Shown here one piece after another: positions 12,082-22,424 of a stretch of 64,000 bases of DNA. The notes below the pieces were generated by a model. It was given only the letters and a program-made list of their open reading frames with translations. It was not told the origin of the DNA and did not search any database. How positions within the stretch are numbered: position 1 is the stretch's first letter; each line of letters begins with the position of its first letter. Source of the DNA: Mesorhizobium sp. (lineage in GTDB: Bacteria > Pseudomonadota > Alphaproteobacteria > Rhizobiales > Rhizobiaceae); the NCBI GenBank assembly GCA_004017275.1, contig SAKE01000006.1, positions 146,662 to 210,661 on the forward strand. Direction: 5' to 3'. The translations under genes were made by a program, and so were the position numbers.

Positions 12082-12648
12082 TCAGTCCTTGACCCGTTCG
12101 CCGGGATAGGCGCCCCAGACGATCGACTGGGCAAGCCAGCCGGTGTGGCCATCGAACGTCATTTCGCACCACTGGCCGTCGCAGGATTTGATCGTGCCCA
12201 TGACGCCCGGCTCGACCATCGCCACCACCCTTGCGTCCTTGTCGGGGCTGTTGAGAAGGTTGATCTGGGCGCCCTTGCCGCGCTGCCATGGAGCGACGAT
12301 CGCCGTGCGCCGACCGGACAGCAGAGACTGGTTGATCCAGCCCTCCGAACCATCGGCATCGCGCACGCGGCGCCATGTGTCGAACTCCTGGATGATCTCC
12401 ATCGGCAGGCCGGCCTTCATATACATCCAGTCGACCGAGTAGTTGGCGCCGGGGCCGACGCGCGAGTTGACGCGGCCGGATTTCAGGCTGACGAAGCGCG
12501 GCAGCGGCAGGCCGCTCGGCCCGAGCGTGACGACGCTCTGTGCGGGGGCTGCCGCACTCTGCGCTGCAGCAAGCGGAGAATAAAGCAGAGCGCCGAGAAG
12601 TGCTGCGCTGAGGGTCAGGCGAAACGACGCGAAACCAGACACTTTCAT
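12082..12648 (-). CDS. Exported protein with two bacterial SH3-like domains
   Basis: Signal peptide, PLPRFVSLK..VNSRVGPG, W-rich SH3 motifs (WRRVRD.DG.EGW; C...WC....GHTGW); GTG at 12642 is an alternative start. Confidence 0.8.
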   Translation of the reverse strand: MKVSGFASFRLTLSAALLGALLYSPLAAAQSAAAPAQSVVTLGPSGLPLPRFVSLKSGRVNSRVGPGANYSVDWMYMKAGLPMEIIQEFDTWRRVRDADGSEGWINQSLLSGRRTAIVAPWQRGKGAQINLLNSPDKDARVVAMVEPGVMGTIKSCDGQWCEMTFDGHTGWLAQSIVWGAYPGERVKD

Positions 12649-12762
12649 TCCTTTCGGCGCTTGCCTGCCGGCATCGGCGCCCTTTTTCTTTGTCTTCGGC
12701 AGCACCGCTTGTTACATGAGGTAATCGGCACCGCGACCGGCTTTCAGTTTCGCCGGTTTTGG

Positions 12763-12777
12763 TTAAAGAGGTCTCAA
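12763..12777. promoter_or_regulatory. CtrA-like box upstream of the SH3 gene
   Basis: TTAA-agaggtc-TCAA, 7/8 match to TTAA-N7-TTAA; reads TTGA-N7-TTAACC on the minus strand. Confidence 0.4.
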
Positions 12778-12788
12778 CGAGATCGGGT

Positions 12789-12834
12789 TAGAGCAATTCC
12801 AGTGAAGCGGTTTTGCGTTCGGAATTGCGGCAAA
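12789..12834 (+). repeat. Truncated intergenic repeat, copy B
   Basis: TAGA-GCAATTCC..AGTGAAGCGGTTTT..GGAATTGC. Confidence 0.6.
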
Positions 12835-12851
12835 TACTCGAGAGGGAAACA

Positions 12852-13853
12852 ATGGCAGGCAAAAAGAAGCCTCTCGTCGTCATCACGCGAAAGCTGCCCG
12901 ACCCGGTCGAGACCCGCATGCGCGAACTGTTCGACGCCCGGCTGAATGTCGAGGACAGGCCGATGACGCAGCCGGAACTGGTTGCGGCGGTCAAGGAAGC
13001 CGACGTGCTGGTGCCGACGGTGACCGACCAGATCGATGCGGCGCTGATCGCCCAGGCTGGCGACAACCTCAAGCTAATCGCCAATTTCGGCAACGGCGTC
13101 GACAAGATCGATGTCACGGCCGCGGCCAAGAAGGGCATCACCGTCACCAACACGCCGAATGTCCTGACCGAGGACACCGCCGACATGACCATGGCGCTGA
13201 TGCTGGCGGTGCCGCGGCGGCTGGCGGAAGGCGCCAATGTGCTCACCGGCGACAAGAAATGGGCCGGCTGGTCGCCGACCTGGATGCTGGGTCGGCGCAT
13301 CTGGGGCAAACGGCTCGGCATTGTCGGCATGGGACGCATCGGCACCGCCGTCGCCAGGCGGGCCAAGGCCTTCGGCCTGTCGATCCACTACCACAACCGC
13401 CACCGTGTGCTGCCGGCCGTGGAAGACGGGCTGGAGGCCACCTATTGGGAAAGCCTCGACCAGATGCTGGCCCGCATGGACATTATTTCGGTCAACTGCC
13501 CCTCGACCCCGGCGACCTTCCATCTGCTTTCGGCGCGGCGGCTGGCGTTGCTGCAGCCCACTGCCTATATCGTCAACACCGCGCGCGGTGACATCATCGA
13601 CGAAGACGCTTTGGTCAAGCTGATCCAGGACGGCAAGCTCGCAGGAGCCGGCCTCGACGTCTACGAGCATGAACCGGCTTTGAACGGCAAGCTGCTGAAG
13701 CTGGCCGCCAAGGGCAAGGTCGTGCTTCTACCGCATATGGGCTCGGCGACGCTCGAGGGCCGCATCGACATGGGTGAGAAGGTCATCATCAACATCCGGG
13801 CATTCGTCGACGGCCACCGCCCGCCGGACCGCGTGCTGCCGCTCAGAACCTGA
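12852..13853 (+). CDS. D-2-hydroxyacid dehydrogenase (glyoxylate reductase-like)
   Basis: GIVGMGRIG, NTARG, GLDVYEHEP, LPHMGSAT. Confidence 0.9.
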   Translation: MAGKKKPLVVITRKLPDPVETRMRELFDARLNVEDRPMTQPELVAAVKEADVLVPTVTDQIDAALIAQAGDNLKLIANFGNGVDKIDVTAAAKKGITVTNTPNVLTEDTADMTMALMLAVPRRLAEGANVLTGDKKWAGWSPTWMLGRRIWGKRLGIVGMGRIGTAVARRAKAFGLSIHYHNRHRVLPAVEDGLEATYWESLDQMLARMDIISVNCPSTPATFHLLSARRLALLQPTAYIVNTARGDIIDEDALVKLIQDGKLAGAGLDVYEHEPALNGKLLKLAAKGKVVLLPHMGSATLEGRIDMGEKVIINIRAFVDGHRPPDRVLPLRT

Positions 13854-13906
13854 CACTATCGCAGCGCGACCTTCTCCGGTCTTTCGAGTGAAAGTCCAGG
13901 CTTACA

Positions 13907-14395
13907 TTACAAAAGAGTCTTGCGCATGGTGATCGAGGTCGGCCTGGCATAGCCCTCATGCGCCGTCCGCTCGGTCTCGTGAAAGCCGAGGCGAGCAAAG
14001 GCTGCGTGGTTTTCGGTCAGTTCGATGCGCGTTTGAAGCTCGATGGCGGCCTTGCCACGGCTGCGGGCAAGGTCTTCGGCCGCCTGCATCAGCTGCCGGC
14101 CAAAGCCTTGTCCCTGGCAGTCCGGCGCGACAGCGAGCTTGCCGACATAGAGTTCCGCCTCCCTTTCAAGGGCAAAGACGCAACCGACGATCCTGTCGCC
14201 CTTGAGCGCCACGAAGCCGATCTCCCTCCGCGCCTTGTCGCGCAGGGTGTCGGCGGTCAACAGGTGGGCCGAGGAGGGCGGGTCGATGACGCCGTCCATC
14301 GAGGCGAAGGCGCGCATGATCAGTGCGAGCACATCGTCCCAACGGTCGAAATCGGCCAGGATCTGTGTGATGGAGACAGCTTCGACACGGTCCAA
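13907..14395 (-). CDS. GNAT family N-acetyltransferase
   Basis: KLAVAPDCQGQGFGRQLM acetyl-CoA motif A; start uncertain. Confidence 0.8.
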   Translation of the reverse strand: MDRVEAVSITQILADFDRWDDVLALIMRAFASMDGVIDPPSSAHLLTADTLRDKARREIGFVALKGDRIVGCVFALEREAELYVGKLAVAPDCQGQGFGRQLMQAAEDLARSRGKAAIELQTRIELTENHAAFARLGFHETERTAHEGYARPTSITMRKTLL

Positions 14396-14400
14396 TGGGG

Positions 14401-15156
14401 TCAGGCTCTCTTGTAGCGGATGGTGTCGAAGCGTGCCGCCAGCGCATCATAGAGCAGCAACCGGCCGACCAGCGGCTCGCCGATGCCGGTGATCAGCTTG
14501 ATCGCCTCCATCGCCTGCAGCGTGCCGACGACGCCGGTCAGCGCGCCAAGCACGCCGGCTTCGGCGCAGGACGGCACCAGCCCAGGCGGCGGCGCCTCGG
14601 GAAACAGATCGCGATAGCTTGGGTTGGGCTTGCCGTCCTTGTCGTCCTCGAACGGCTTCAGCACGGTGACGGAACCGTCGAAGCGTCCGACGGCGGCATG
14701 CACCAGCGGCTTGCCTTCGCTGGCGCAGGCATCCGCCACCGTGTAGCGGGTTTCGAAATTGTCGGAACCGTCGACGACGACGTCATAGCGGGCGACGAGG
14801 GCAGCCGCATTGTCCGGGGTCAGCCGGATTGTGTGCGCTTCAACCATTGTGTTGGGATTGATGCGGGCGATTGTCGCCTTGGCGCTATGGGTCTTCAGCA
14901 TGCCGACAGTATCGGTGCTGTGAATGACCTGACGCTGCAGGTTGGACAGCGAAACGGTGTCATCGTCGACCACGCCGAGCGTGCCGACGCCCGCAGCGGC
15001 AAGATATTCAAGCACTGGCGCGCCCAGCCCGCCGGCGCCGATGACCAGCACCCGCGCCTGTTTCAGCCTTTGCTGGCCGGCGCCGCCGATTTCGGGCAGC
15101 ACGATGTGGCGGGCATAGCGTTCTATCTCGTCGGCGGTCAGGGCGGCAGTAGTCAT
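14401..15156 (-). CDS. moeB: MoeB/ThiF family adenylyltransferase
   Basis: RYARHIVLPEIG, IGAGGLG, DDDTVSLSNLQRQ, DGSDNF. Confidence 0.85.
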   Translation of the reverse strand: MTTAALTADEIERYARHIVLPEIGGAGQQRLKQARVLVIGAGGLGAPVLEYLAAAGVGTLGVVDDDTVSLSNLQRQVIHSTDTVGMLKTHSAKATIARINPNTMVEAHTIRLTPDNAAALVARYDVVVDGSDNFETRYTVADACASEGKPLVHAAVGRFDGSVTVLKPFEDDKDGKPNPSYRDLFPEAPPPGLVPSCAEAGVLGALTGVVGTLQAMEAIKLITGIGEPLVGRLLLYDALAARFDTIRYKRA

Positions 15157-15203
15157 TGCCTGACCATACAGGGACTGAAAAACCTTGTCAGGGGCCAATA
15201 CAC

Positions 15204-15246
15204 CTGGTGCATGTCGCCCAAGAGTACGAAGCGCACAAAGATCTAG
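15204..15246 (+). repeat. Internally deleted intergenic repeat, copy C
   Basis: CTGGTGCATGTCGCCCAAGAGT..CACAAAGATCTAG; the end coincides with the recF stop codon. Confidence 0.5.
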
Positions 15247-16382
15247 ATCGTTGGCCCAACCGTACCGTGGTCGACCGTCAGGAATTGTGCACGCCCCTTG
15301 AGGCTGGAAAACAGCGCGGCATCGGTTCCGGTCATGAATGCCTGGCAGTTCAAATCTTCGAGGATGGAAAACAGTGCCGCGCGCCGTCCGTTATCGAGAT
15401 GCGCGGCGATCTCGTCGAGCAACAGGATCGGCGTCATGCCCGACATTTCACCGGTCAGCCTTACATGCGACAGCACGATGCCGACCAGCAGCGCCTTCTG
15501 CTCGCCGGTCGAGCAGAGCTCGGCGGGCATCGCCTTGGGATGGTGCCGAACCACCAGGTCCGAACGATGCGGGCCGTCGAGCGTGCGCCCGGCGGCGCGG
15601 TCGCGGTCACGGCCCTCGGCAAGCGTCCGGCGGAACCGCTCCTCGACATCGACCGCCGGCGCGGAGGCAATTTCGGCTTCCAGGTCACCCGAAAGGCCGA
15701 TATCGGCCTGCGGAAACGGTCCCGTGTCGGGCAGCCTGTCGATCATGGCGGCAAGCAGGCGCACCATCTCGGCTCGTGCTGCGGCGATCGCTACACCGGT
15801 TTCGGCCATCTGCGTCTCGATCGCGTCGAACCAGCTGCTGTTGCGAGAACCCTCGGTAAGCAGCCGGTTACGACCGCGCATCGCCTTCTCGTAGTCGATC
15901 GCACGTTGCCCGTGGCCGGGATCGATCGCCAGCACCAGCCGATCGAGAAAGCGTCGGCGATCTGCGGCCGGCCCGGTGAACAACGCGTCCATGGCCGGCG
16001 TCAACCACACCACACGCAGCCATTCCAGCATCTCCTCGGCCGAACGCGTCGAAGCGCCGTTGATGCGCACCCGCCTGCCGCCTTCGCCGGGATTGTCGCC
16101 GCCGGAAATGCCTGTTCCGATCTCGACCTGGCCGTCAGGCCCGTCGAGCCGGGCGTGCAACGCGAAGCCGCCGTCGCCGCCTTCGCGCGCGACGTCAGCA
16201 TAAGGCGCGCGGCGCAAACCACGCCCCGGTGTCAAAAAGGAGATCGCTTCGAGGAGATTGGTCTTGCCGGCACCATTGTCGCCGGAAAAAACCACGGCGC
16301 CCGGCTCCAGATCGATCGCCAGCGCCGCGTAGTTGCGGAAATTGGTAAGTATAAGCTTACTTATGTGGTTTTGTGCCGGCAA
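15243..16382 (-). CDS. recF: DNA replication/repair protein RecF
   Basis: NFRNY, GDNGAGKTNLLEAI, GPHRSDL, STGEQK, LLLDEIAAHLD. Confidence 0.97.
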   Translation of the reverse strand: MPAQNHISKLILTNFRNYAALAIDLEPGAVVFSGDNGAGKTNLLEAISFLTPGRGLRRAPYADVAREGGDGGFALHARLDGPDGQVEIGTGISGGDNPGEGGRRVRINGASTRSAEEMLEWLRVVWLTPAMDALFTGPAADRRRFLDRLVLAIDPGHGQRAIDYEKAMRGRNRLLTEGSRNSSWFDAIETQMAETGVAIAAARAEMVRLLAAMIDRLPDTGPFPQADIGLSGDLEAEIASAPAVDVEERFRRTLAEGRDRDRAAGRTLDGPHRSDLVVRHHPKAMPAELCSTGEQKALLVGIVLSHVRLTGEMSGMTPILLLDEIAAHLDNGRRAALFSILEDLNCQAFMTGTDAALFSSLKGRAQFLTVDHGTVGPTI

Positions 16383-16461
16383 CCGCTATCCGCCTGTCGA
16401 AGTTGCCGCAACGCTCTTGCCGCCGGTCCGTCACAGAACCTTATTAGCGCCACCGCGCCGG

Positions 16462-17580
16462 CTATACCCGCATCGGCATCAGCACATAGAGTGCGGTCTC
16501 GTCGGCCATGTCGTGGATCAGCGTCGGCGAGCCGGCGTCAGCCAGCATGAACTTGGCCTCCGTGCCGGTCAACTGTGCAGCAACGTCGAGCAGGTATTTG
16601 GCGTTGAAGCCGATTTCGATCGGATCCGATGAGTAATCCGCTGCCAGTTCCTCGGTGGCGCTGCCTGAATCCGGATTGTTGACCGCAAGCGTCACCTGGC
16701 CTTCGCTGATCGAAAGCTTCACCGCGCGGCCACGTTCGGAAGAGATGGTCGAGACGCGATCGACGGCGGCGGCAAAACTCTGGCGGTCGATGATCAGCTT
16801 CTTGTCGTTGCCGGTCGGAATGACCCGCTGATAGTCGGGGAAGGTGCCGTCGATCAGCTTCGAGGTCAAAACCACGCTGCCGATGGTGAAGCGGATCTTG
16901 GTGTCCGACAGTTCGGTGGTGACCGCAACGTCCGGATCGTCGACCAGCTTCTGCAACTCGCTCACCGTCTTGCGCGGAATGATGATGCCCGGCATGCCCT
17001 CGGAACCCGCCGGTGCGTCGATCTCGGCGCGTGCCAGGCGGTGGCCGTCGGTCGCCACCGAGCGCAGCTTCAGCTTGCCGCCGACCTCATGCGTGTGCAG
17101 GTAGATGCCGTTCAGGTAATAGCGCGTCTCTTCGGTGGAGATGGCGAACTGGGTTTTCTCGATCAGGCCTTTCAGGGCAACCGAGTCGAGACGGAAGATG
17201 TGTGAGAACGACCCGGCCGAAAGCTCCGGGAAGTCGGATTGCGGCAGGCACTGAAGGCGGAAGCTCGAGCGGCCTGACGTCACCGTCATGGCGTTGCCGT
17301 CCTCGTCCGTCTTCAGCATCACCTCGGCGCCATCGGCGAGCTTGCGCACGATGTCGTAGAGCAGATGTGCCGGGACCGTCGTCGCCCCGCCGCGCTCGAC
17401 CTTGGCTGGCGTCGCTTCCGTCACCTCGAGATCGAGGTCGGTTGCCTTCATTTCAAGGCTGGCGCCCTCGGCGCTGAGCAGCACGTTGGACAGGATCGGT
17501 ATGGTGTTGCGCCGCTCGACCACACGGTGAACGTGGTTGAGCGACTTCAGGAGATTTGACCGTTCCAGGATAACACGCAT
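16462..17580 (-). CDS. dnaN: DNA polymerase III beta clamp
   Basis: VVERRNTIPILSN, ATDGHRLA, LIDGTFPDY, YVLMPMRV. Confidence 0.98.
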   Translation of the reverse strand: MRVILERSNLLKSLNHVHRVVERRNTIPILSNVLLSAEGASLEMKATDLDLEVTEATPAKVERGGATTVPAHLLYDIVRKLADGAEVMLKTDEDGNAMTVTSGRSSFRLQCLPQSDFPELSAGSFSHIFRLDSVALKGLIEKTQFAISTEETRYYLNGIYLHTHEVGGKLKLRSVATDGHRLARAEIDAPAGSEGMPGIIIPRKTVSELQKLVDDPDVAVTTELSDTKIRFTIGSVVLTSKLIDGTFPDYQRVIPTGNDKKLIIDRQSFAAAVDRVSTISSERGRAVKLSISEGQVTLAVNNPDSGSATEELAADYSSDPIEIGFNAKYLLDVAAQLTGTEAKFMLADAGSPTLIHDMADETALYVLMPMRV

Positions 17581-17692
17581 GACGAAACAGGCTCGCTTGA
17601 ATGAATGACGGGTCACCAATGGGCGGCGTCCCGCGAAAGGTCTGAACAGGCTCAGAATCTGCGTAAACTGACAGGAAAAAACCAGCAAACGC

Positions 17693-17741
17693 AAGCCCGC
17701 GCCGCCGGTTCGGGCCGGCTGGGCGGGCTTTCTGGGGATAA
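17693..17741 (-). promoter_or_regulatory. Long hairpin plus DnaA-box variant between dnaA and dnaN
   Basis: AAGCCCGC..GCCGGT-TCGG-GCCGGC..GCGGGCTT (17693-17730) and TGGGGATAA (17733-41, 8/9 to TGTGGATAA). Confidence 0.45.
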
Positions 17742-17880
17742 CGAGCCCGAAGTCCGCGAGCCGGTGTCGTAAAACCGAAATCCGGACCCCTTCCAGCCGG
17801 CACCGCGAGCCCATTCCGGACCCCGGGCCGCACTGGCAAGTCATTGAATTCCGGTGTTGTTCCGGTTCGCCCCTGACCGG

Positions 17881-19425
17881 TCAGGCCTGATCGTTGATCA
17901 ACCGCCTCAACAGCTCGAGTTCCTGCGCCAGCGTGTTGTCGTTGCCGGAAAGGTCCTCGATCTTGCGCACGGCATGCAGCACCGTGGTGTGATCGCGGCC
18001 GCCGAAACGCCGTCCGATCTCGGGCAGCGAGCGCGGCGTCATTACCTTCGACAGGTACATCGCGACCTGCCTGGGCTTGACGATGGTTCGCGTGCGCCGG
18101 TTGGACAGCAATTCGGTCTTCGATACATTGTAGTGGCGTGCGACGATGCGCTGGATGTCCTCGATCCGGACCCGCTTCGGCTCGCCGGTGCGATAGATGT
18201 GGCCGAGGATCTCGTCGATCCGGTCGATGGTGATCTGCGGTTCGAAGGACTGACGGAACAGCAGCTGATTGAAGGCGCCTTCCAGCTCGCGGCCGCTGCC
18301 GGTCACGGTGCGGGCGACGTGATTGAGGATCTCTTCCGAAATGTTCAGCGACGCGTCATCGACCCTGGCAGTGGAAAGGCGCAATTTGAGCATGCCAAGG
18401 CGCATGGCGAAATCAGGTGCCGACATTTCAAGCGCGACGCCGCCATTGAGGCGCGAACGGACCCGCGGTTCGAGCGATTCCAGTTCCGACGGCGGCCGGT
18501 CAGCAGCAACGACGACCTGCTTGGCGCTATCGAGCAACATGTTGATCAGATGGCAGAATTCATGCTGGATCGACTTGCCCTGCAAGAACTGCATGTCGTC
18601 GATGATGAGCAGGTCGATGTCGCGCAGCTGTTCCTTGAGCGTCAGCGCATTGTTGTCACGGATCGCGGTGGCAAAGCGCCACATGAAATACTCGGCCGTC
18701 AGATAGACGACGCGCGACTTCGGGTTCTGCTTCAGCGATTCCGCGGCGATAGCCTGCAACAAATGTGTCTTGCCGAGCCCGACGGTTGCGTGAAGGAAGA
18801 GCGGGTTGAAGCGCACCGCGCTCGATTGCGATTCCGCCACTGCCTTGGCGGCGGCAAAGGCCACCCGGTTCGACGGCCCCTCGATAAAGGAGCCGAACGT
18901 GTAGCGCGGATCAAGCGGCGATCCCAGCACGTTGTGGCGGAATTCGCTCTCGACCGGTGTGCCCGGACGCGGAACCGGCACACGCTCTGTACGGCCGGGG
19001 CTCACGGTGCCGGCGGCAAGCGCAGTCTGCGTCTGCCGCGTCATCTTGCGTGCCGGCGTCACTTCCGGCTCGGCCTGGCTGCGTCCCTGACGGGTTGCCG
19101 TGCGCACGACGATGTCGATCTTGAGGAGATCGGGATCCTCCTGCTTCCACAGCTCGGAAATGAGGTCGAGATAGTGGCCGTTGATCCATGAGCGCAGGAA
19201 GGCGGTGGGCACCGAGATGCGGACAATGCCCTTGGAAGCCTCGGCGACCTTCATGCGGCCAAACCAGCTCGAATAGACTTCGGTTCCCAGACGCGCCTTC
19301 AACTGGGTCTTGACCCGGTCGAATTTCTGTTCCGCGTCGCTGGACACCGCCATGTCGTTTGCTCCGATCAAAGTTCCAGGAAATGGGAGGTCGCCCGTAA
19401 GCTCCCTTTCGATGCCGCTCTGCAT
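17881..19425 (-). CDS. dnaA: Chromosomal replication initiator DnaA
   Basis: [41 protein letters not shown]; start at 19425 (MQSG) or 19353 (MAVS). Confidence 0.98.
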   Translation of the reverse strand: MQSGIERELTGDLPFPGTLIGANDMAVSSDAEQKFDRVKTQLKARLGTEVYSSWFGRMKVAEASKGIVRISVPTAFLRSWINGHYLDLISELWKQEDPDLLKIDIVVRTATRQGRSQAEPEVTPARKMTRQTQTALAAGTVSPGRTERVPVPRPGTPVESEFRHNVLGSPLDPRYTFGSFIEGPSNRVAFAAAKAVAESQSSAVRFNPLFLHATVGLGKTHLLQAIAAESLKQNPKSRVVYLTAEYFMWRFATAIRDNNALTLKEQLRDIDLLIIDDMQFLQGKSIQHEFCHLINMLLDSAKQVVVAADRPPSELESLEPRVRSRLNGGVALEMSAPDFAMRLGMLKLRLSTARVDDASLNISEEILNHVARTVTGSGRELEGAFNQLLFRQSFEPQITIDRIDEILGHIYRTGEPKRVRIEDIQRIVARHYNVSKTELLSNRRTRTIVKPRQVAMYLSKVMTPRSLPEIGRRFGGRDHTTVLHAVRKIEDLSGNDNTLAQELELLRRLINDQA

Positions 19426-19820
19426 GATCTTTTCCTTGTCTTTCCGTACCTGTTTCCGCCGGGGATGCGCCTCCTGCATCCGGTTCCGGCGACCTAAGTC
19501 TTTGCTACGACGTCTGCTGCCGCCGCCGGCAGATGAACGTCGCCCATTATCGGCGGGAACCGGTGCCGGCCCATGGAAGCCAGTCCGCGTTGTGGGTATG
19601 TCAGGGCAATACAACACCGTCCGGCGAAAAGAGCGCCGGCGCGCCGTCTACCTGCCATGTCTAGTTACGCCAGTCCCCTACGTATCGAAAAAACACAAAC
19701 CAAACCCGTCCGCGGACTTGATCCGCGTTGCAAATCCCGCCAATTTAAGCTGGCCCGATTCAGGCTTGGGTTAAGGGCCAGAGCCCGTCCCTTTCGATAG
19801 ATCGACACTACCGAAATCGC

Positions 19821-20046
19821 TGTGGATAGGGCAAGGCCACGTCTAACTGATTTTTAAGGAATCTGGTTACTGGAGGCAGGTTCGAGTGGCGTGCCGCAAC
19901 GGCACATTTTAACAAAGCCATTGTGATTCAAACCCTTTTCCGGCGAATATGAAAAACCGGGCGCCGAGAGAAATATTCTGAAATAATTCGCTTGACAGCT
20001 ACTTGTCCCCCATCGGGTTGGTCTGGTGTGGACAAGCTGTGGATCA
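19821..20046. promoter_or_regulatory. DnaA-box cluster in the dnaA-rpsT spacer
   Basis: TGTGGATAG 19821-29, TGTGGACAA 20027-35, TGTGGATCA 20038-46, each 8/9 to consensus and in the same orientation. Confidence 0.65.
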
Positions 20047-20225
20047 CCATCTGTAACCGTATGAAAAATATAGACTATTTCTGATAGCCAGGAATCTTTA
20101 AGTCAGCCCTTTTCAAGCTTGGCGACCAACAGCGGGCATGCATATGCCGGCAAAGTATTCCCAATCGTGAAATCCGAGTAAGACACCGTTTGCGGACATT
20201 CTTTTTAAGTGCTTGCCGGCAAACG

Positions 20226-20252
20226 AAAAAACCCGGCACAAACGGCCGGGCT
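20226..20252 (-). terminator. Intrinsic terminator after rpsT
   Basis: Minus strand GCCCGGC-CGTTTGT-GCCGGGT-TTTTT. Confidence 0.8.
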
Positions 20253-20280
20253 CTAAGAACGTCAGTCTAGGGAAGTAATG

Positions 20281-20547
20281 TCAGGCCGACAGAACCTTGA
20301 CCCGCTGAGCCAGTCGCGACACCTTGCGGGACGCTGTGTTCTTGTGGATCACGCCCTTGGTTGCGGCGCGCATCAATTCCGGCTCCGCGATTTTGAAGGC
20401 AGCCTGTGCGGCAGCCTTGTCACCGGAGGCAAGCGCCTCTTCGACCTGGCGGATATATGTACGGACACGCGAGCGACGGTTCTTGTTGACCGCTGCGCGA
20501 CGGACGATCTTGCGCGTTGCCTTTTTGGCCGAGGATGTGTTGGCCAT
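20281..20547 (-). CDS. rpsT: 30S ribosomal protein S20
   Basis: [13 protein letters not shown]...[16 protein letters not shown], 88 aa. Confidence 0.98.
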   Translation of the reverse strand: MANTSSAKKATRKIVRRAAVNKNRRSRVRTYIRQVEEALASGDKAAAQAAFKIAEPELMRAATKGVIHKNTASRKVSRLAQRVKVLSA

Positions 20548-20730
20548 GATGCCTCTCTTCTGATCTGGTCGGCGCATGCGGGATGCCGCAGGGCGCAAAA
20601 AAACAAACGGGCAGCCACGGGGCCGCCTCGGTTGGTGCGGCTTATAATTCAGCTTTTCCGATGCGTCAACGCTGTCCGGCCTTCTTTTTGGCGGCCACCA
20701 GCCATCTTCTTCGCAGTCAAGGGATTGGCG

Positions 20731-21504
20731 TCAGCGGTTGGTGAAATTCGGCTTTCGCTTTTCGACGAAGGCCGCCATGCCTTCTTTCTGATCGTCCAGT
20801 GCAAACAGCGAATGAAACAGTCGGCGCTCGAACCGCAATCCCTCGGCAAGCGTCGTCTCAAAGGCGCGGTTGACCGCCTCCTTTGCCATCATCACCGATG
20901 GCAGCGAGAAAGCGGCGATCTTGGCTGCCGCCTTCAGCGCCTCCTCGACAAGTTCGCCGGCAGGCACGACCCGTGACACCAGGCCAGAACGCTCGGCTTC
21001 GGCGGCATCCATCATCCGCCCGGTCAGGCACATGTCCATCGCCTTCGACTTGCCGACGAAGCGGGTCAGCCGTTGCGACCCGCCCATGCCTGGAATGACG
21101 CCGAGCGTGATCTCGGGCTGGCCGAACTTGGCCGTGTCGGCGGCGATGATGAAATCGCACATCATCGCCAGCTCGCAGCCGCCACCGAGGGCATAGCCGG
21201 CCACCGCCGCGATAATAGGCTTTCGTGCCCGCGTAAGCTCTTCCCAGCCGACGAAGAAGTCTTGCGCGTAGGCGTCCGCATAGGAGATGGATTGCATCTC
21301 CTTGATGTCGGCGCCGGCGGCGAAAGCCTTTTCGGAACCGGTGATGACCATGGCGCCGATACCGGCATCGGCGCTGAAGCCGTTCACGGCCGCGACCACT
21401 TCGGTGAGAACCTGGGAGTTCAGCGCGTTGAGCGCCTGCGGCCTGTTCAGCGTGATCAGCCCGACCTTGCCGCGCATCTCGGTGATGATCGTCTCATAGG
21501 CCAT
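20731..21504 (-). CDS. Enoyl-CoA hydratase
   Basis: [33 protein letters not shown]. Confidence 0.93.
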   Translation of the reverse strand: MAYETIITEMRGKVGLITLNRPQALNALNSQVLTEVVAAVNGFSADAGIGAMVITGSEKAFAAGADIKEMQSISYADAYAQDFFVGWEELTRARKPIIAAVAGYALGGGCELAMMCDFIIAADTAKFGQPEITLGVIPGMGGSQRLTRFVGKSKAMDMCLTGRMMDAAEAERSGLVSRVVPAGELVEEALKAAAKIAAFSLPSVMMAKEAVNRAFETTLAEGLRFERRLFHSLFALDDQKEGMAAFVEKRKPNFTNR

Positions 21505-21536
21505 GACTTGCTTCTCCTCGCTCGCGCTCGTCTAAC

Positions 21537-22424
21537 TCACCGCTGACACGTCCGGCAATAGAAGGTCGATCGGCCGCTCTGTACGATCCGTTCGATGTGG
21601 CCGCTGCAGCCGGGCTTGGAGCAAGCCTCGCCTTCGCGGTCGTAGACGGCGAAAGCGTGCTGGAAATAACCCAGCGACCCATCGGTCTGCATATAGTCCC
21701 GCAGTGAGGACCCGCCAGCCGCGATCGCATCTGATATCACCGAACGAATGGCTTGCGCGAGGTGCTCGCTTTGGGCCTGGGCTTTCTTTCCGGGCTTGGC
21801 GATCGTGCCCGCCTCGCGCAGCGGCGACAGACTGGCGCGCCACAGTGCCTCCGACACATAGATGTTGCCGAGCCCTGCGATCAGTCTCTGGTCGAGAAGC
21901 GCTGCCTTCAGCGGTGATCGCCGCCCTTTCATCAATGAGGCAAGCAGCGTGCCGTCCAATGTGTTGCCCGTTGGCTCGACGCCGAGTCCGGCCAGCATCG
22001 GATGAACGACCGGCCCATCCGCAAACAACATGAAGCCGAAGCGGCGCGGATCATTGAATATCACACGAGATCGGGCACCGGCCGGAGATACGACATGGAA
22101 GACGACGTGGTCGTGATTGGAGCTCTTCGAGCGGTCGTGTTGGAAGACGCCGGGCATGTCGCTGCCATCAGCTGTCTCGATGCGGAATGAACCTGACATG
22201 CCGAGATGGCAGATCAGCACGGGACCGCCTTCCAGGTTCATGGTCAGATATTTGGCCCGGCGGCCGAGCGCCGTGATCGTCTTGCCAGTCAGCCGTTGCG
22301 AGAATTTCTCGGGAAATGGAAAACGCAGATCCGGTCGACGCGCCTCGACACGGGCAATGGTGGCGCCTTCCAGGACCGGCTGCAGTCCGCGCCGGACGGT
22401 TTCGACCTCCGGCAATTCAGGCAT
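21537..22424 (-). CDS. mutM: Formamidopyrimidine-DNA glycosylase
   Basis: [21 protein letters not shown]-terminal zinc finger ending FYCRTCQR. Confidence 0.98.
   Translation of the reverse strand: MPELPEVETVRRGLQPVLEGATIARVEARRPDLRFPFPEKFSQRLTGKTITALGRRAKYLTMNLEGGPVLICHLGMSGSFRIETADGSDMPGVFQHDRSKSSNHDHVVFHVVSPAGARSRVIFNDPRRFGFMLFADGPVVHPMLAGLGVEPTGNTLDGTLLASLMKGRRSPLKAALLDQRLIAGLGNIYVSEALWRASLSPLREAGTIAKPGKKAQAQSEHLAQAIRSVISDAIAAGGSSLRDYMQTDGSLGYFQHAFAVYDREGEACSKPGCSGHIERIVQSGRSTFYCRTCQR

Noticed and set aside
17581-17844. N-terminal extensions in the ORF track (dnaN here; also dnaA to 19617, corA, fabB, mutM, cpaB, soeC, ACAD)
   Set aside because: They overlap neighbouring genes or regulatory DNA; downstream starts match known N-termini and usually have an SD.
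19573-19800. 75-aa ORF upstream of dnaA
   Set aside because: No SD, no motif, and it lies in regulatory DNA.
19800-20130. Calling this region oriC
   Set aside because: The motifs are suggestive, but rhizobial origins are known near hemE and skew data are unavailable; kept only as a finding.
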